This document shows, piece by piece, positions 47,371 to 55,419 of a stretch of DNA of 64,000 bases. This DNA comes from an uncultured Christensenellaceae bacterium (GTDB lineage: Bacteria; Bacillota; Clostridia; Christensenellales; UBA3700). The notes under the pieces are model-generated. The model was not told the DNA's origin, searched no databases, and saw nothing but the letters and a program-made list of their open reading frames with translations. The translations under genes were made by a program, and so were the position numbers. The first letter of the stretch is position 1; every line of letters begins with the position of its first letter. The stretch lies in assembly GCA_944376205.1 (NCBI GenBank), contig CALWBV010000006.1:7868-71867 (forward strand). The letters are read 5' to 3'.

Positions 47371-47583
47371 ATAGAATAATATTTAATTATTGTAGATAAT
47401 AAAATACAAGTCAGTTTTACTATGCCGTCAATATCCGTTTTCTTCCTTATTCTACTTATCATCGACATAGTCTATCTATGCCTTGAGCGCAAGTATCTTA
47501 AAAAAGTAAACGCAGAAAATGTAATTAGCGAAAAAGAAAATCTCAAAACTGACTGACTATATTATTATACTTAAATATTAAAA

Positions 47584-47622
47584 CAATTTATACAATTTAA
47601 GTCTTGGGTAAATTGTATAAAT
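47584..47622. repeat. 39-nt AT-rich perfect hairpin (copy 3 of 3)
   Basis: AATTTATACAATTTA-AGTCTTGGG-TAAATTGTATAAATT. Confidence 0.9.
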
Positions 47623-47748
47623 TAGCTTTTCCCCTTACGCACGTATGTACATGCAAAAAGCCGCTTAAAATGCGGCTGATAAATTTCATATATTTTTATA
47701 TTACGCCCTCTGTATAATTCTCATAAAGGACAATCTTTTTATTATATT

Positions 47749-48233
47749 ACCGACTCCGTGCGACCTTGGAGAAGAGTGTGAATTTTTCTTTTTCAAGACC
47801 GACTACGACAGGATAGCATATAATACAATATCCGCTTGGAAAAAAGTACCGACAAACGGTTTTATTCGCTTGTTGAATATATACCGTTTCGTTTGGTCGG
47901 TATGGACAAACCCGACATTTTGTCTTACGCTTTCGACACCTCGGAAGCGTAGGTATTTTGTCGTGGTGAGCGAACCGTGACCGAGCGTAACTGCTTAAAA
48001 AAATTCGCAAAGGCGCACCACCATATTACCCACTTCGTGCGACCTTGGAGAAGGGTGTGATTTTGCAAATTATAGAAATTTATCAATTTAATATTACTCA
48101 CTCCTTGCAAGTGCGGAGAGTGGTGCAGAGTTTGTCTTTTCAAGACCGAGTGCGACAGGCGCATACTTTGCGTATGTAACTGAGCGCGAGCGTCGCAGAC
48201 AAAGGCAAAATATGCGCCGCTATACGCACTTGC
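47749..48233 (+). repeat. Intergenic repeat family, about three units read head-to-tail, ending at the stop codon of the 245-aa gene
   Basis: CCGTGCGACCTTGGAGAAGAGTGTGAATTTTTCTTTTTCAAGACCGACTACGACAGG..., then CACTTCGTGCGACCTTGGAGAAGGGTGTG..., then CTCCTTGCAAGTGCGGAGAGTGGTGCAGAGTTTGTCTTTTCAAGACCGAGTGCGACAGGCGCATACTTTGCGTATGTAACTGAGCG... Confidence 0.85.
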
Positions 48234-48971
48234 CTATTTGAAGAAGTCAACAATCTTCTGTTTAATAACCTGCAACTTCCCTTCTATAAACTGTTTGATT
48301 TCACTCTTCTTGGTCTTTTTGAATTCGTCACGCAGTTTGTCGATAAGTTCCTTTTGAATGACCCGATTATTAGCAAATATCTGCTCGGTATTGCCCTTAA
48401 TTTCTATATAGCTTTCTGCGACAAGTTCGCAATAGGCGAGGATGCCCTGCTGAATTTCCGCATCGTACATGCCTTTTTCGAGACTAGCAAAAGCGCACAG
48501 AAGTTCGACGATATTGTCGCTTACCTTGTCATAGAAGTTCTTGCCCGAAATATACTCGGCAATCGCCATATATGCGGCGGTGTCACGGGTGTATTCCTTG
48601 CAAAAGTCTCTGATACATTCCTCAACTTTGGCAAACATGTCTTCGTCGAGCGAAAATACGTTGTCCCAAGTGATTTTCTCAACAACCGTTGCGCCTGAAG
48701 AATAGAGTTTTTTGTTGACAAGTTCGAGAATGTCGGCTTCGCCTGCGACTCCGCTTAAAAACTGGATTTCTTTGGGATAAAGATTGTGATTGGCTTTGCT
48801 CTGGAAAAAGAGTATGGCCTGCAATATCCTGTCAAACATGCGTATGCGATTCTGCGTACTCAAATTGGGATCGACGTTGCGTGCGATATCGCATATCTCG
48901 ACGAGATACTTTGTGATCGCAGAATAGCGCTTATAAAGTTTGAGCCAGATTTTTTCTTTAGCTACTGCCAT
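48234..48971 (-). CDS. Hypothetical all-alpha protein
   Basis: 245-aa ORF with coding-like composition and a GGAG RBS (GGAGGAGTTATG on the minus strand). No family recognised. Confidence 0.6.
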   Translation of the reverse strand: MAVAKEKIWLKLYKRYSAITKYLVEICDIARNVDPNLSTQNRIRMFDRILQAILFFQSKANHNLYPKEIQFLSGVAGEADILELVNKKLYSSGATVVEKITWDNVFSLDEDMFAKVEECIRDFCKEYTRDTAAYMAIAEYISGKNFYDKVSDNIVELLCAFASLEKGMYDAEIQQGILAYCELVAESYIEIKGNTEQIFANNRVIQKELIDKLRDEFKKTKKSEIKQFIEGKLQVIKQKIVDFFK

Positions 48972-49093
48972 AACTCCTCCGTGTATAATTATTTTAATAC
49001 CTCATGAGGTTTTTAGTCAATACCCTTTGAGGTTTTTTAACATTATATTATAACTAAACGCTAAAATAAGCCTAAAAAAGCACACCGTCGGAA

Positions 49094-49138
49094 TTTTGTA
49101 CAAAATTATTCTACATCATTCGATATTTTTGTACAAAA
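49094..49138. promoter_or_regulatory. Pair of perfect TTTTGTACAAAA palindromes (33 bp centre to centre)
   Basis: Perfect 12-mers at 49094-49105 and 49127-49138, upstream of the minus-strand 245-aa gene. Confidence 0.6.
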
Positions 49139-49239
49139 TTCGCCAAGGGGTCAATTTAATGCACAAAATAAGCTTTTTAGAAGTGTACAGTCTAGCCGTA
49201 ATCCTAATATTTTGTAACATTTTATACGATATGTGTCGG

Positions 49240-49280
49240 TTTTGTATAAAAATTGAAATCTTTTGGAATTTTGTACAAAA
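49240..49280. promoter_or_regulatory. Pair of TTTTGTAYAAAA palindromes (29 bp centre to centre)
   Basis: TTTTGTATAAAA at 49240-49251 (one mismatch) and a perfect TTTTGTACAAAA at 49269-49280. They lie about 115-155 nt upstream of the 130-aa ORF. Confidence 0.55.
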
Positions 49281-49394
49281 ATAGCCTCAAAACGCTTGTG
49301 TATTCACAAATGTTATGATATTATTTTAACAGTGAAAGTAAAAAATTATTAATTTTCTTGCAATCCCAAAATAAAAAGGTTATGGAGGTCAAAA

Positions 49395-49787
49395 ATGCAA
49401 ACCGCTGAAGGTGTCAATTTGCATTTTTTAGCAAAAAGAGCCAAGACCCACTTGTGCCAAAAGCCTCAATTTGCGCAGGTATGCGCAGAACATTATTGTC
49501 CTTGTTGTAGCTGTGAAAAAGAATTCGAAAGCTACTATAAGGTGGTAAAACTCCTCGTCAGCGAAGAGACCGTTTACGATCCGATAGCACGACTTGCAGG
49601 CAGAGAACTGGCAGAATTACCCAATTCGTCCGAAAAACAACGTATTATTCTGCAAACTTGCAATATGTATGCTACCATGCGAAACAGATTGAGACGTGAT
49701 TTGCTGTCTGCAATGCGCCAGAACAAGCTTTTGTCTGTAGGAGATATCTGCGTAAATCCACAATACGTACTTAAAAAGCTCGGATAA
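49395..49787 (+). CDS. Hypothetical small Cys-rich protein
   Basis: 130-aa ORF with RBS GGAGG 7 nt upstream (ATGGAGGTCAAAAATG). It has a C-x8-C-x4-CPCCSC cluster and a basic C-terminal half. No family recognised. Confidence 0.55.
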   Translation: MQTAEGVNLHFLAKRAKTHLCQKPQFAQVCAEHYCPCCSCEKEFESYYKVVKLLVSEETVYDPIARLAGRELAELPNSSEKQRIILQTCNMYATMRNRLRRDLLSAMRQNKLLSVGDICVNPQYVLKKLG

Positions 49788-49908
49788 TCGTTCAATATTA
49801 TCCTGTTTGTCTTAACCGCCTTAAGGGGGGCTGAATTTTTATACGAATTTTTAGCTTGAATGCGACAAATTTCGACTGTCTTTTACACGATTTTGTCGTT
49901 TATGCTGT

Positions 49909-49953
49909 TTTTGCACAAAATTCGAGTGCAAAAACCGCTATTTTTGTACAAAA
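49909..49953. promoter_or_regulatory. Pair of TTTTGYACAAAA palindromes (33 bp centre to centre) abutting the queT promoter
   Basis: TTTTGCACAAAA at 49909-49920 (one mismatch) and a perfect TTTTGTACAAAA at 49942-49953, 5 nt upstream of the -35 element. Confidence 0.55.
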
Positions 49954-49958
49954 ATCGC

Positions 49959-49987
49959 TTGTCAAATCTTAATGCAGATGATATAGT
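49959..49987 (+). promoter_or_regulatory. Putative queT promoter
   Basis: TTGTCA, 17-nt spacer, TATAGT. Confidence 0.5.
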
Positions 49988-49994
49988 TGCGTAT

Positions 49995-50035
49995 GGAAGG
50001 TTTTCGGAAAACACTTCCAAATAAAAAAACCGAGG
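49995..50035 (+). promoter_or_regulatory. Candidate preQ1-I riboswitch
   Basis: GGAAG-GUUUUCGGAAAACA-CUUCC hairpin followed by the A-rich tail AAAUAAAAAAACCGAGG. The loop UCGG can pair with the tail CCGA (H-type pseudoknot) and sequester the RBS GAGG. The layout matches Bacillus preQ1-I (AGAGGUUCUAGCUACACCCUCUAUAAAAAACUAAGG). It sits directly upstream of queT, a classic preQ1-regulated gene. Confidence 0.6.
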
Positions 50036-50041
50036 TATTTT

Positions 50042-50890
50042 ATGAATAGTTTTTCAACCAAAATGCTGGCTCGTGCCGGCATTATCGCCGCTCTTTATGC
50101 GGCATTGACGCTAACTCTCCCTGCATTATCATTCAACAGTATTTTGCAATTCAGACCCGCCGAAGCGCTTACGCTTTTGCCGCTTTTGTACTCTGACAGC
50201 ATAATAGGACTGTTTTTAGGTTGTTTTATAGCCAACCTTCTCTCGCCGTACGGCGTACCCGATCTGGTTGTGGGAAGTCTGGCAACTCTTATTGCCGCAA
50301 TCTGCACTTATTTTGTGGGCAAACTTATCAAAAACCAAAAACTCAAAGTCTTTGTCGGCGGTCTTTTCCCCGTGCTCATCAATGCGATATTCCTGCCTCT
50401 CATGTGGTTTTTAATGGACAGCGAAGCGGGTTATTGGGCAAGTTTCGGCTCCATGCTCCTCACGCAGGCTATCTACGTGTACGTGCTGGGCATACCTTTC
50501 TATATGCTCTTGAAAAAACTTCAGTCAAGCGGCGTTGCCATTTTGCAAGAGAAAATCGCAGGCAACGTTACGGAATTTTCAAGGACAGAAAAATTCATGG
50601 CTTTTCTCTCGTCCGTAATCCCCGTATTCGGCGTCGTGCTTACTCTCAAGACAAAACAGTCGTGTAAAAACGTTCTCCTTGCCCAAAACGCAAACACCGA
50701 CTCTGTCGATTCGACTACCGAATGCGAAAATGATCAGACTCAAGCCGTTGCACACGCCAAAGAGCTCGGCTCTTTCTTCGGCACCGCTACTGCGATATGC
50801 GCTTTTTTATGGACGATAGTCATTGCGTTTGTCGTCTATACGCTTATGGTCAAGTACGGCTATGCGTCCGCTCCGTTTTTTATTCAGTAA
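50042..50890 (+). CDS. queT: QueT queuosine-precursor transporter family protein with a C-terminal extension of about 110 aa
   Basis: ARAGIIAALYAALTLTLPALSFNSILQFRPAEALTLLPLLY...GLFLGCFIANLLS...GSLATLIAA...VLINAIFLP...QAIYVYVLGIPFYMLLKKL matches QueT end to end. Two further hydrophobic segments follow. Confidence 0.85.
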   Translation: MNSFSTKMLARAGIIAALYAALTLTLPALSFNSILQFRPAEALTLLPLLYSDSIIGLFLGCFIANLLSPYGVPDLVVGSLATLIAAICTYFVGKLIKNQKLKVFVGGLFPVLINAIFLPLMWFLMDSEAGYWASFGSMLLTQAIYVYVLGIPFYMLLKKLQSSGVAILQEKIAGNVTEFSRTEKFMAFLSSVIPVFGVVLTLKTKQSCKNVLLAQNANTDSVDSTTECENDQTQAVAHAKELGSFFGTATAICAFLWTIVIAFVVYTLMVKYGYASAPFFIQ

Positions 50891-51004
50891 ATAATCGACA
50901 AGGCTCATGCATCAAAGAGTATACGGTCGATATGCCGATAAACCGCATACTCTTTGCCCGAAGCCTCGACAATACGCAAAGTCTTAATACAGTGCTAAAA
51001 ACAA

Positions 51005-51036
51005 GTCCGCAACAAAACGTTGCGGACTTTTCTCTT
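51005..51036. terminator. Bidirectional terminator between queT and bioY
   Basis: GTCCGCAACAAAACGTTGCGGAC followed by TTTTCTCTT. The reverse reading is followed by TTGTTTTT. Confidence 0.75.
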
Positions 51037-51054
51037 GTATATATGACTTTTCTT

Positions 51055-51768
51055 TTATTTTCTCGGCAATTTGACGAATTTGTAAAGACGGTTGCAAAGT
51101 ACGGATGACAAGGCGCATTTTGCTATGTCGATAGGGATAAATGGCAACAAAAACGCTACGAGGAATTTCCATACGCTCATTGCCGAGTGCATATAGCCGT
51201 ACATAATTATCGCACCGTAGACTACGCCTATGACGTCGAGTACCAAAAGACCTATGAGCGAAGATACGAAATATGCCAGATACGTATCCTTGCCGATTTT
51301 TTCTCTGACAAATGCGGCTATCTGTCCGCCTACGGCAAATCCTATCAAAAATCCGAAAGAGGGCTGAAGCACATAGGATAGTCCGCCCGCAAACTGCGAG
51401 AAGATAGGCAAGCCCACCAATCCCATAAGAATGTATATCCATACCGACAGTCCGCCCCACTTTTTGCCGAGCAACAGACATACGGTATTTGTGACGAGAA
51501 ACTGCAACGTTATCTTTATCGTGCCTATCGGGATGCTGATATATGCACCTATCGTAGTCATAGCGATAGAAAGCGCCATCATCGATATGGCATAAAGATA
51601 TTCTCTGCGTTTTGCGTGCGCATCACGCACTTTTACTTCGTCCGTAACCGCTCCGTCCGCTTGCTCCGCAACCTGTGTATCCGCCGTCTCTTTGACGTCG
51701 TCGATACTCTCCTTAAAAGTTTCGACGTCCGTATTTTTACCCTCTTGTATCGTGTCTTTTTCTTCCAT
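51055..51768 (-). CDS. bioY: Biotin transporter BioY (ECF S component) with an acidic N-terminal extension of about 55 aa
   Basis: TTIGAYISIPIGTIKITLQFLVTNTVCLLLGKKWGGLSV...GLPIFSQFAGG...PSFGFLIGF is BioY-like. Confidence 0.88.
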   Translation of the reverse strand: MEEKDTIQEGKNTDVETFKESIDDVKETADTQVAEQADGAVTDEVKVRDAHAKRREYLYAISMMALSIAMTTIGAYISIPIGTIKITLQFLVTNTVCLLLGKKWGGLSVWIYILMGLVGLPIFSQFAGGLSYVLQPSFGFLIGFAVGGQIAAFVREKIGKDTYLAYFVSSLIGLLVLDVIGVVYGAIIMYGYMHSAMSVWKFLVAFLLPFIPIDIAKCALSSVLCNRLYKFVKLPRK

Positions 51769-51807
51769 ACCTTTTTCCTTTTATAAACTTTTTTTTATTT
51801 CTGTCAA

Positions 51808-52791
51808 TCAAATCCAACTGCCGTCAGCACTCTTTATAGATATTTCTCCGCAAGTAAGAGTACGTTTTTTCCCGTCCTCGTCTATGATAAGTCCGCCGCT
51901 AGAATCTATATCCTCGACGATACCCGTCTTTTGCTCGTTGTTAATGGCATAGCTTATCCTGTTGCCTATCACGAGAGAATATTTTTTATACTCGTCCATA
52001 AAGCCGTGATTTGTAATATCGTCAGTCAATTCCATAAGCTGCGTATAAATCTCTGCAATCATTTCGCTTCTCGTAATTGTCGGCTTGTCCTCAAAAAGCG
52101 CACACGCCATGTCCTTTATTTCGTCGGGAAAATGCTGATTTACGAAATTCACGCCTATACCGACGATAAACGTTCCTGCCTTGCCGCTTTCGAAATCTAT
52201 ATCCGCCTGCGTAAGGATTCCGCATACCTTTTTCTTGCCTATATACACGTCATTGACCCACTTTATCCTTGCATCCCTGTCAGTAAACTTGGCTATTGCC
52301 CGCCTGACCGCTACCGCCGCCGCAGGAGTTATGATCATTACGTCGGACAAATTTTCTATTCTCTTGCAGAGACATACGCTCATATAAATTCCGCTCTTGG
52401 GCGAAAAAAACGTCTTGCCCATTCTGCCTCTGCCCTGCGTCTGCTCGTCGGATACTATAAGTGCGCCGTGCTCGATTTTACCGTCCTGCAACATTTTCAT
52501 TGCCTCGGCATTAGTAGACGACGTTGTCGCAAACACCGTAATCTGCTTGTCTGAATACCTGCCGTCGAGTCTGGCTTTTATACTCTCGGGCGAAAGAATG
52601 TCGTTGCTTTCGTCGAGAATGTAACCTTTGTTTGTAGTAGCCACAATCTTGTATCCGTCCTGCTGAAGGGCTTTTACCGCCTTCCAGACGCTGTTGCGCG
52701 AAACGCCTAAAGTATCGGCTATCTGCTGTCCTGACAAAGCTTTGCCTCTGTCCGTTTCGAATAAAGTCAAAATATCTTTTTTGAGCGTCAT
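51808..52791 (-). CDS. birA: Bifunctional biotin-[acetyl-CoA-carboxylase] ligase / biotin operon repressor BirA
   Basis: N-terminal HTH (LSGQQIADTLGVSRNSVWKAVKALQQDGYKI) and the ligase motif QTQGRGRMGKTFFSP. Confidence 0.92.
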   Translation of the reverse strand: MTLKKDILTLFETDRGKALSGQQIADTLGVSRNSVWKAVKALQQDGYKIVATTNKGYILDESNDILSPESIKARLDGRYSDKQITVFATTSSTNAEAMKMLQDGKIEHGALIVSDEQTQGRGRMGKTFFSPKSGIYMSVCLCKRIENLSDVMIITPAAAVAVRRAIAKFTDRDARIKWVNDVYIGKKKVCGILTQADIDFESGKAGTFIVGIGVNFVNQHFPDEIKDMACALFEDKPTITRSEMIAEIYTQLMELTDDITNHGFMDEYKKYSLVIGNRISYAINNEQKTGIVEDIDSSGGLIIDEDGKKRTLTCGEISIKSADGSWI

Positions 52792-52830
52792 AAACTTATC
52801 TCCTTGCTAAAGTATAAAGGTATAAAAGAC

Positions 52831-52866
52831 AATTGTCAACCATTTTTGTAAATTTGGTTGACAATT
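52831..52866. promoter_or_regulatory. BirA operator (bioO) overlapping the birA-bioY promoter
   Basis: Perfect inverted repeat AATTGTCAACC-N14-GGTTGACAATT, matching the Firmicute BirA site pattern TGTnAACC-N14/15-GGTTnACA. On the minus strand, TTGACA (within the operator arm), a 17-nt spacer and TATACT form the promoter. Confidence 0.8.
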
Positions 52867-52882
52867 GAGAGTTTAATATTTT

Positions 52883-54475
52883 TTATTGCAAATTATTTTC
52901 AGATTGCGTATTCTGTATTTCCCTATAACGTTTCTCTGCATTTTTGTTCTCTCTGTTTATAAAGCTTTTGTATATTACTTTATGCAGCCACTGTCTAAAT
53001 CTGAAAAACGCAGGCTTTTTGTTGACGTAACCGTTGTCTTCGTATGCGCCTATAAATTCAATATAAGGTTTGCGCCTTACCTGTTCGAATACGACCTCTA
53101 CGCAATCAGTCGATACGGGGCTAAACACTGCTATACGGTTGTATCCTATCGTGGTGCCGTCGTAGACTTTTTTTAATTTCCCGTTGACTTTAGCGTATAT
53201 GGAATACTTTTCCACTCTTTGTGAATATGCCGTATTTTCGACAAGTCGCAATCTGTTGATTTTATACGTTTTTTTGAAATTCAACACAACTTTATAGCTA
53301 TCGCTCTCGTCTTTAGGCGTATAGTACGACAAAGGATCGTAAGTCTTCTCGTCAAAAGAATACTCTGTCATATTCTCCGCCTCGCAACCCTGTTCGCTCT
53401 CGGGCGCACTTACAGAAACAGGCGTGATAAGCTGTAATTGCGACTTACGGATATGTTCTCCCAATCTCCTTGCCGCCTCTACGTCGTTTTCGTGTATGAG
53501 TCCCCGTCTGTCGGGCGGAAGATTGAGAAGAAGCATGGAATTGCCGCCTACAGAATCGTAATAAATCTTCAGAAGCCGAGAGTGACTTTTGAGCATGTTA
53601 TCCTGTGAAGCGTGATAAAACCAACCCGGACGGATAGACACGTCCACTTCGGCAGGATACCACATGAATTTATCGAAGTTCGCCAAAAATTTGCGGCTTC
53701 CCAAATCGCTGTAAACTATGTCTGCGCCTTTTTGAGCAAACTTGCCGTCGTCCTTTTGCTGACTGTTTGCCTGTATAGTCTGTATGTCGCACGCAAACTC
53801 GGGAACTACGTTCCACTCGCTCTCTCTTGCAAAGCCTCCCTCGTTGCCCACCCATCTTATATCGGGCGCACAACCCGATATGCAGATATCTGACTGAAGC
53901 CTGCGAATAAGTTCATAGTATCTCGTCCAATCGTACTCTTGTCTGGGTTTTCCGTCCATATACGAACCGCACGCACCGTCAAGCCATACGCACCAAACTT
54001 TGCCGTAATTGGTCAACAATTCCTCAAGCTGGGCGCAATATACGTCGTTATATTCAGGCGTTGAATATGCCTTGTGATTTCTGTCCCAAGGCGAAAGATA
54101 TACCCCGAACTTTATGCCGTATTTTTTACAACTGTCGGATACCTCTCGCACTATATCTCCCTTTCCGTCTTTATACGGCGAAGCCGCTATGCTGTAATCG
54201 GTAGTTTTTGTCTGCCACAGACAAAATCCGTCATGATGCTTGCAAGTCAATATCACACCGTATGCGCCCGCCTCTTTGGCTGTCTGTATCCACTGATCGG
54301 TATTTTGCGCAGACGGATTGAACAAAGACGGATCGGCTTTGCCGTCACCCCATTCTCTGCCCGTAAAGGTATTGAGCCCGTAATGCAAGAATATATTGAA
54401 ATTTTCTCTCTGCGCTTTCTTCTGCGCCTTTGTGGGCACATACGATAAATATAAATCGAGTCTGTCCTTGTCCAT
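52883..54475 (-). CDS. Alpha-L-fucosidase (GH29) with a C-terminal discoidin-like domain
   Basis: FLHYGLNTFTGREWG, GVILTCKHHDGFCLWQT and YLSPWD motifs. Confidence 0.88.
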   Translation of the reverse strand: MDKDRLDLYLSYVPTKAQKKAQRENFNIFLHYGLNTFTGREWGDGKADPSLFNPSAQNTDQWIQTAKEAGAYGVILTCKHHDGFCLWQTKTTDYSIAASPYKDGKGDIVREVSDSCKKYGIKFGVYLSPWDRNHKAYSTPEYNDVYCAQLEELLTNYGKVWCVWLDGACGSYMDGKPRQEYDWTRYYELIRRLQSDICISGCAPDIRWVGNEGGFARESEWNVVPEFACDIQTIQANSQQKDDGKFAQKGADIVYSDLGSRKFLANFDKFMWYPAEVDVSIRPGWFYHASQDNMLKSHSRLLKIYYDSVGGNSMLLLNLPPDRRGLIHENDVEAARRLGEHIRKSQLQLITPVSVSAPESEQGCEAENMTEYSFDEKTYDPLSYYTPKDESDSYKVVLNFKKTYKINRLRLVENTAYSQRVEKYSIYAKVNGKLKKVYDGTTIGYNRIAVFSPVSTDCVEVVFEQVRRKPYIEFIGAYEDNGYVNKKPAFFRFRQWLHKVIYKSFINRENKNAEKRYREIQNTQSENNLQ

Positions 54476-54661
54476 TCTTCCCCCGAATATGCGGTCTGCC
54501 GCCTTAATTTTTTATGCGGGATAGTTTCCCTTACTGTTTTATCTTAACACACCCACAAGTATTTTGCCATAGACAAAATCAATAGCTTGAATAATGTTTA
54601 TCACATAATTACCGCATCGGACATATCATATAAAAAATACGCTTTATTCGGAGCCTATACT

Positions 54662-55297
54662 ATGAATTATTACCTGCCTTGTAACCCTAATTCCCGTCAA
54701 TCGTGTTCTTGCTATCGTCCTGCTTGTATTCCGAGATGTATTCCGTGCTGTCCCTGTCCCTCTCCCGTAAAAGGCGCTACGGGAGCAACCGGCGCCACCG
54801 GTGCTACGGGGGCGACAGGACCTGCCGGCACAGCACAAAGCGCATACGGCGGATTGTACAATTCCCTGCCTCAACAAATAATCGCTCAAACTGCGCCCGA
54901 CGAAGTGCAACTCAATATAGATACCCCTATGCCGCTCAAGGGCATTACCGCAGCAAACAATTCTTTAATAATCAACGAAAGCGGCGTATATCAGGTGTTT
55001 TATTCTTTCAACGGCTCGTCGAAAGTACAAGGCGAAATCCAGACTTTGGTAAGAAAAAATCAAACCGACGCTTTCCCTTACAGCGTAATAAACACACAGT
55101 TTATGGTCAATACTCTCCCCAACTCGTCCGAACGCATATCTTATTCAGTCGATACTCAAAACAGCTTTATAGCAAATCTCAACAGCGGAGACGTACTCGA
55201 TCTCGTACTCTTTTTCCCCAATCTGTCTTTCTACCCCAATCTCGTAGTAAGCGTGTACCGTTACGGTGCCGTACTCTACGCAATAAAAATAGGATAA
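54662..55297 (+). CDS. BclA-like collagen-repeat protein with a Cys-rich N-terminus and C1q/TNF-like C-terminal domain
   Basis: MNYYLPCNPNSRQSCSCYRPACIPRCIPCCPCPSP, then GATGATGATGATGATGPAG. A beta-rich domain of about 150 aa follows (GVYQVFYSF...LNSGDVLDLVL), as in exosporium BclA C-terminal domains. The RBS GGAGCC lies 6 nt upstream. CATATCATA (54622-54630) resembles a sigma-K -10 element. Confidence 0.7.
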   Translation: MNYYLPCNPNSRQSCSCYRPACIPRCIPCCPCPSPVKGATGATGATGATGATGPAGTAQSAYGGLYNSLPQQIIAQTAPDEVQLNIDTPMPLKGITAANNSLIINESGVYQVFYSFNGSSKVQGEIQTLVRKNQTDAFPYSVINTQFMVNTLPNSSERISYSVDTQNSFIANLNSGDVLDLVLFFPNLSFYPNLVVSVYRYGAVLYAIKIG

Positions 55298-55419
55298 CGC
55301 AATAATTTTGCGTGCAAAAAATAATACTAAACCGTATAAATTATACCTACCTTTTTCTCCCGTATTGACAACAATTAGCTCTTATGCTAAATTAAAGTTG
55401 TCGAAAATAATTTGCATCG

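Noticed and set aside
50913-50956. Long hairpin CAAAGAGTATACGG...CCGCATACTCTTTG just after queT as its terminator
   Set aside because: No U-tract follows it. A canonical bidirectional terminator lies at 51005-51036. The hairpin may be a 3'-UTR structure, but I have no further support.
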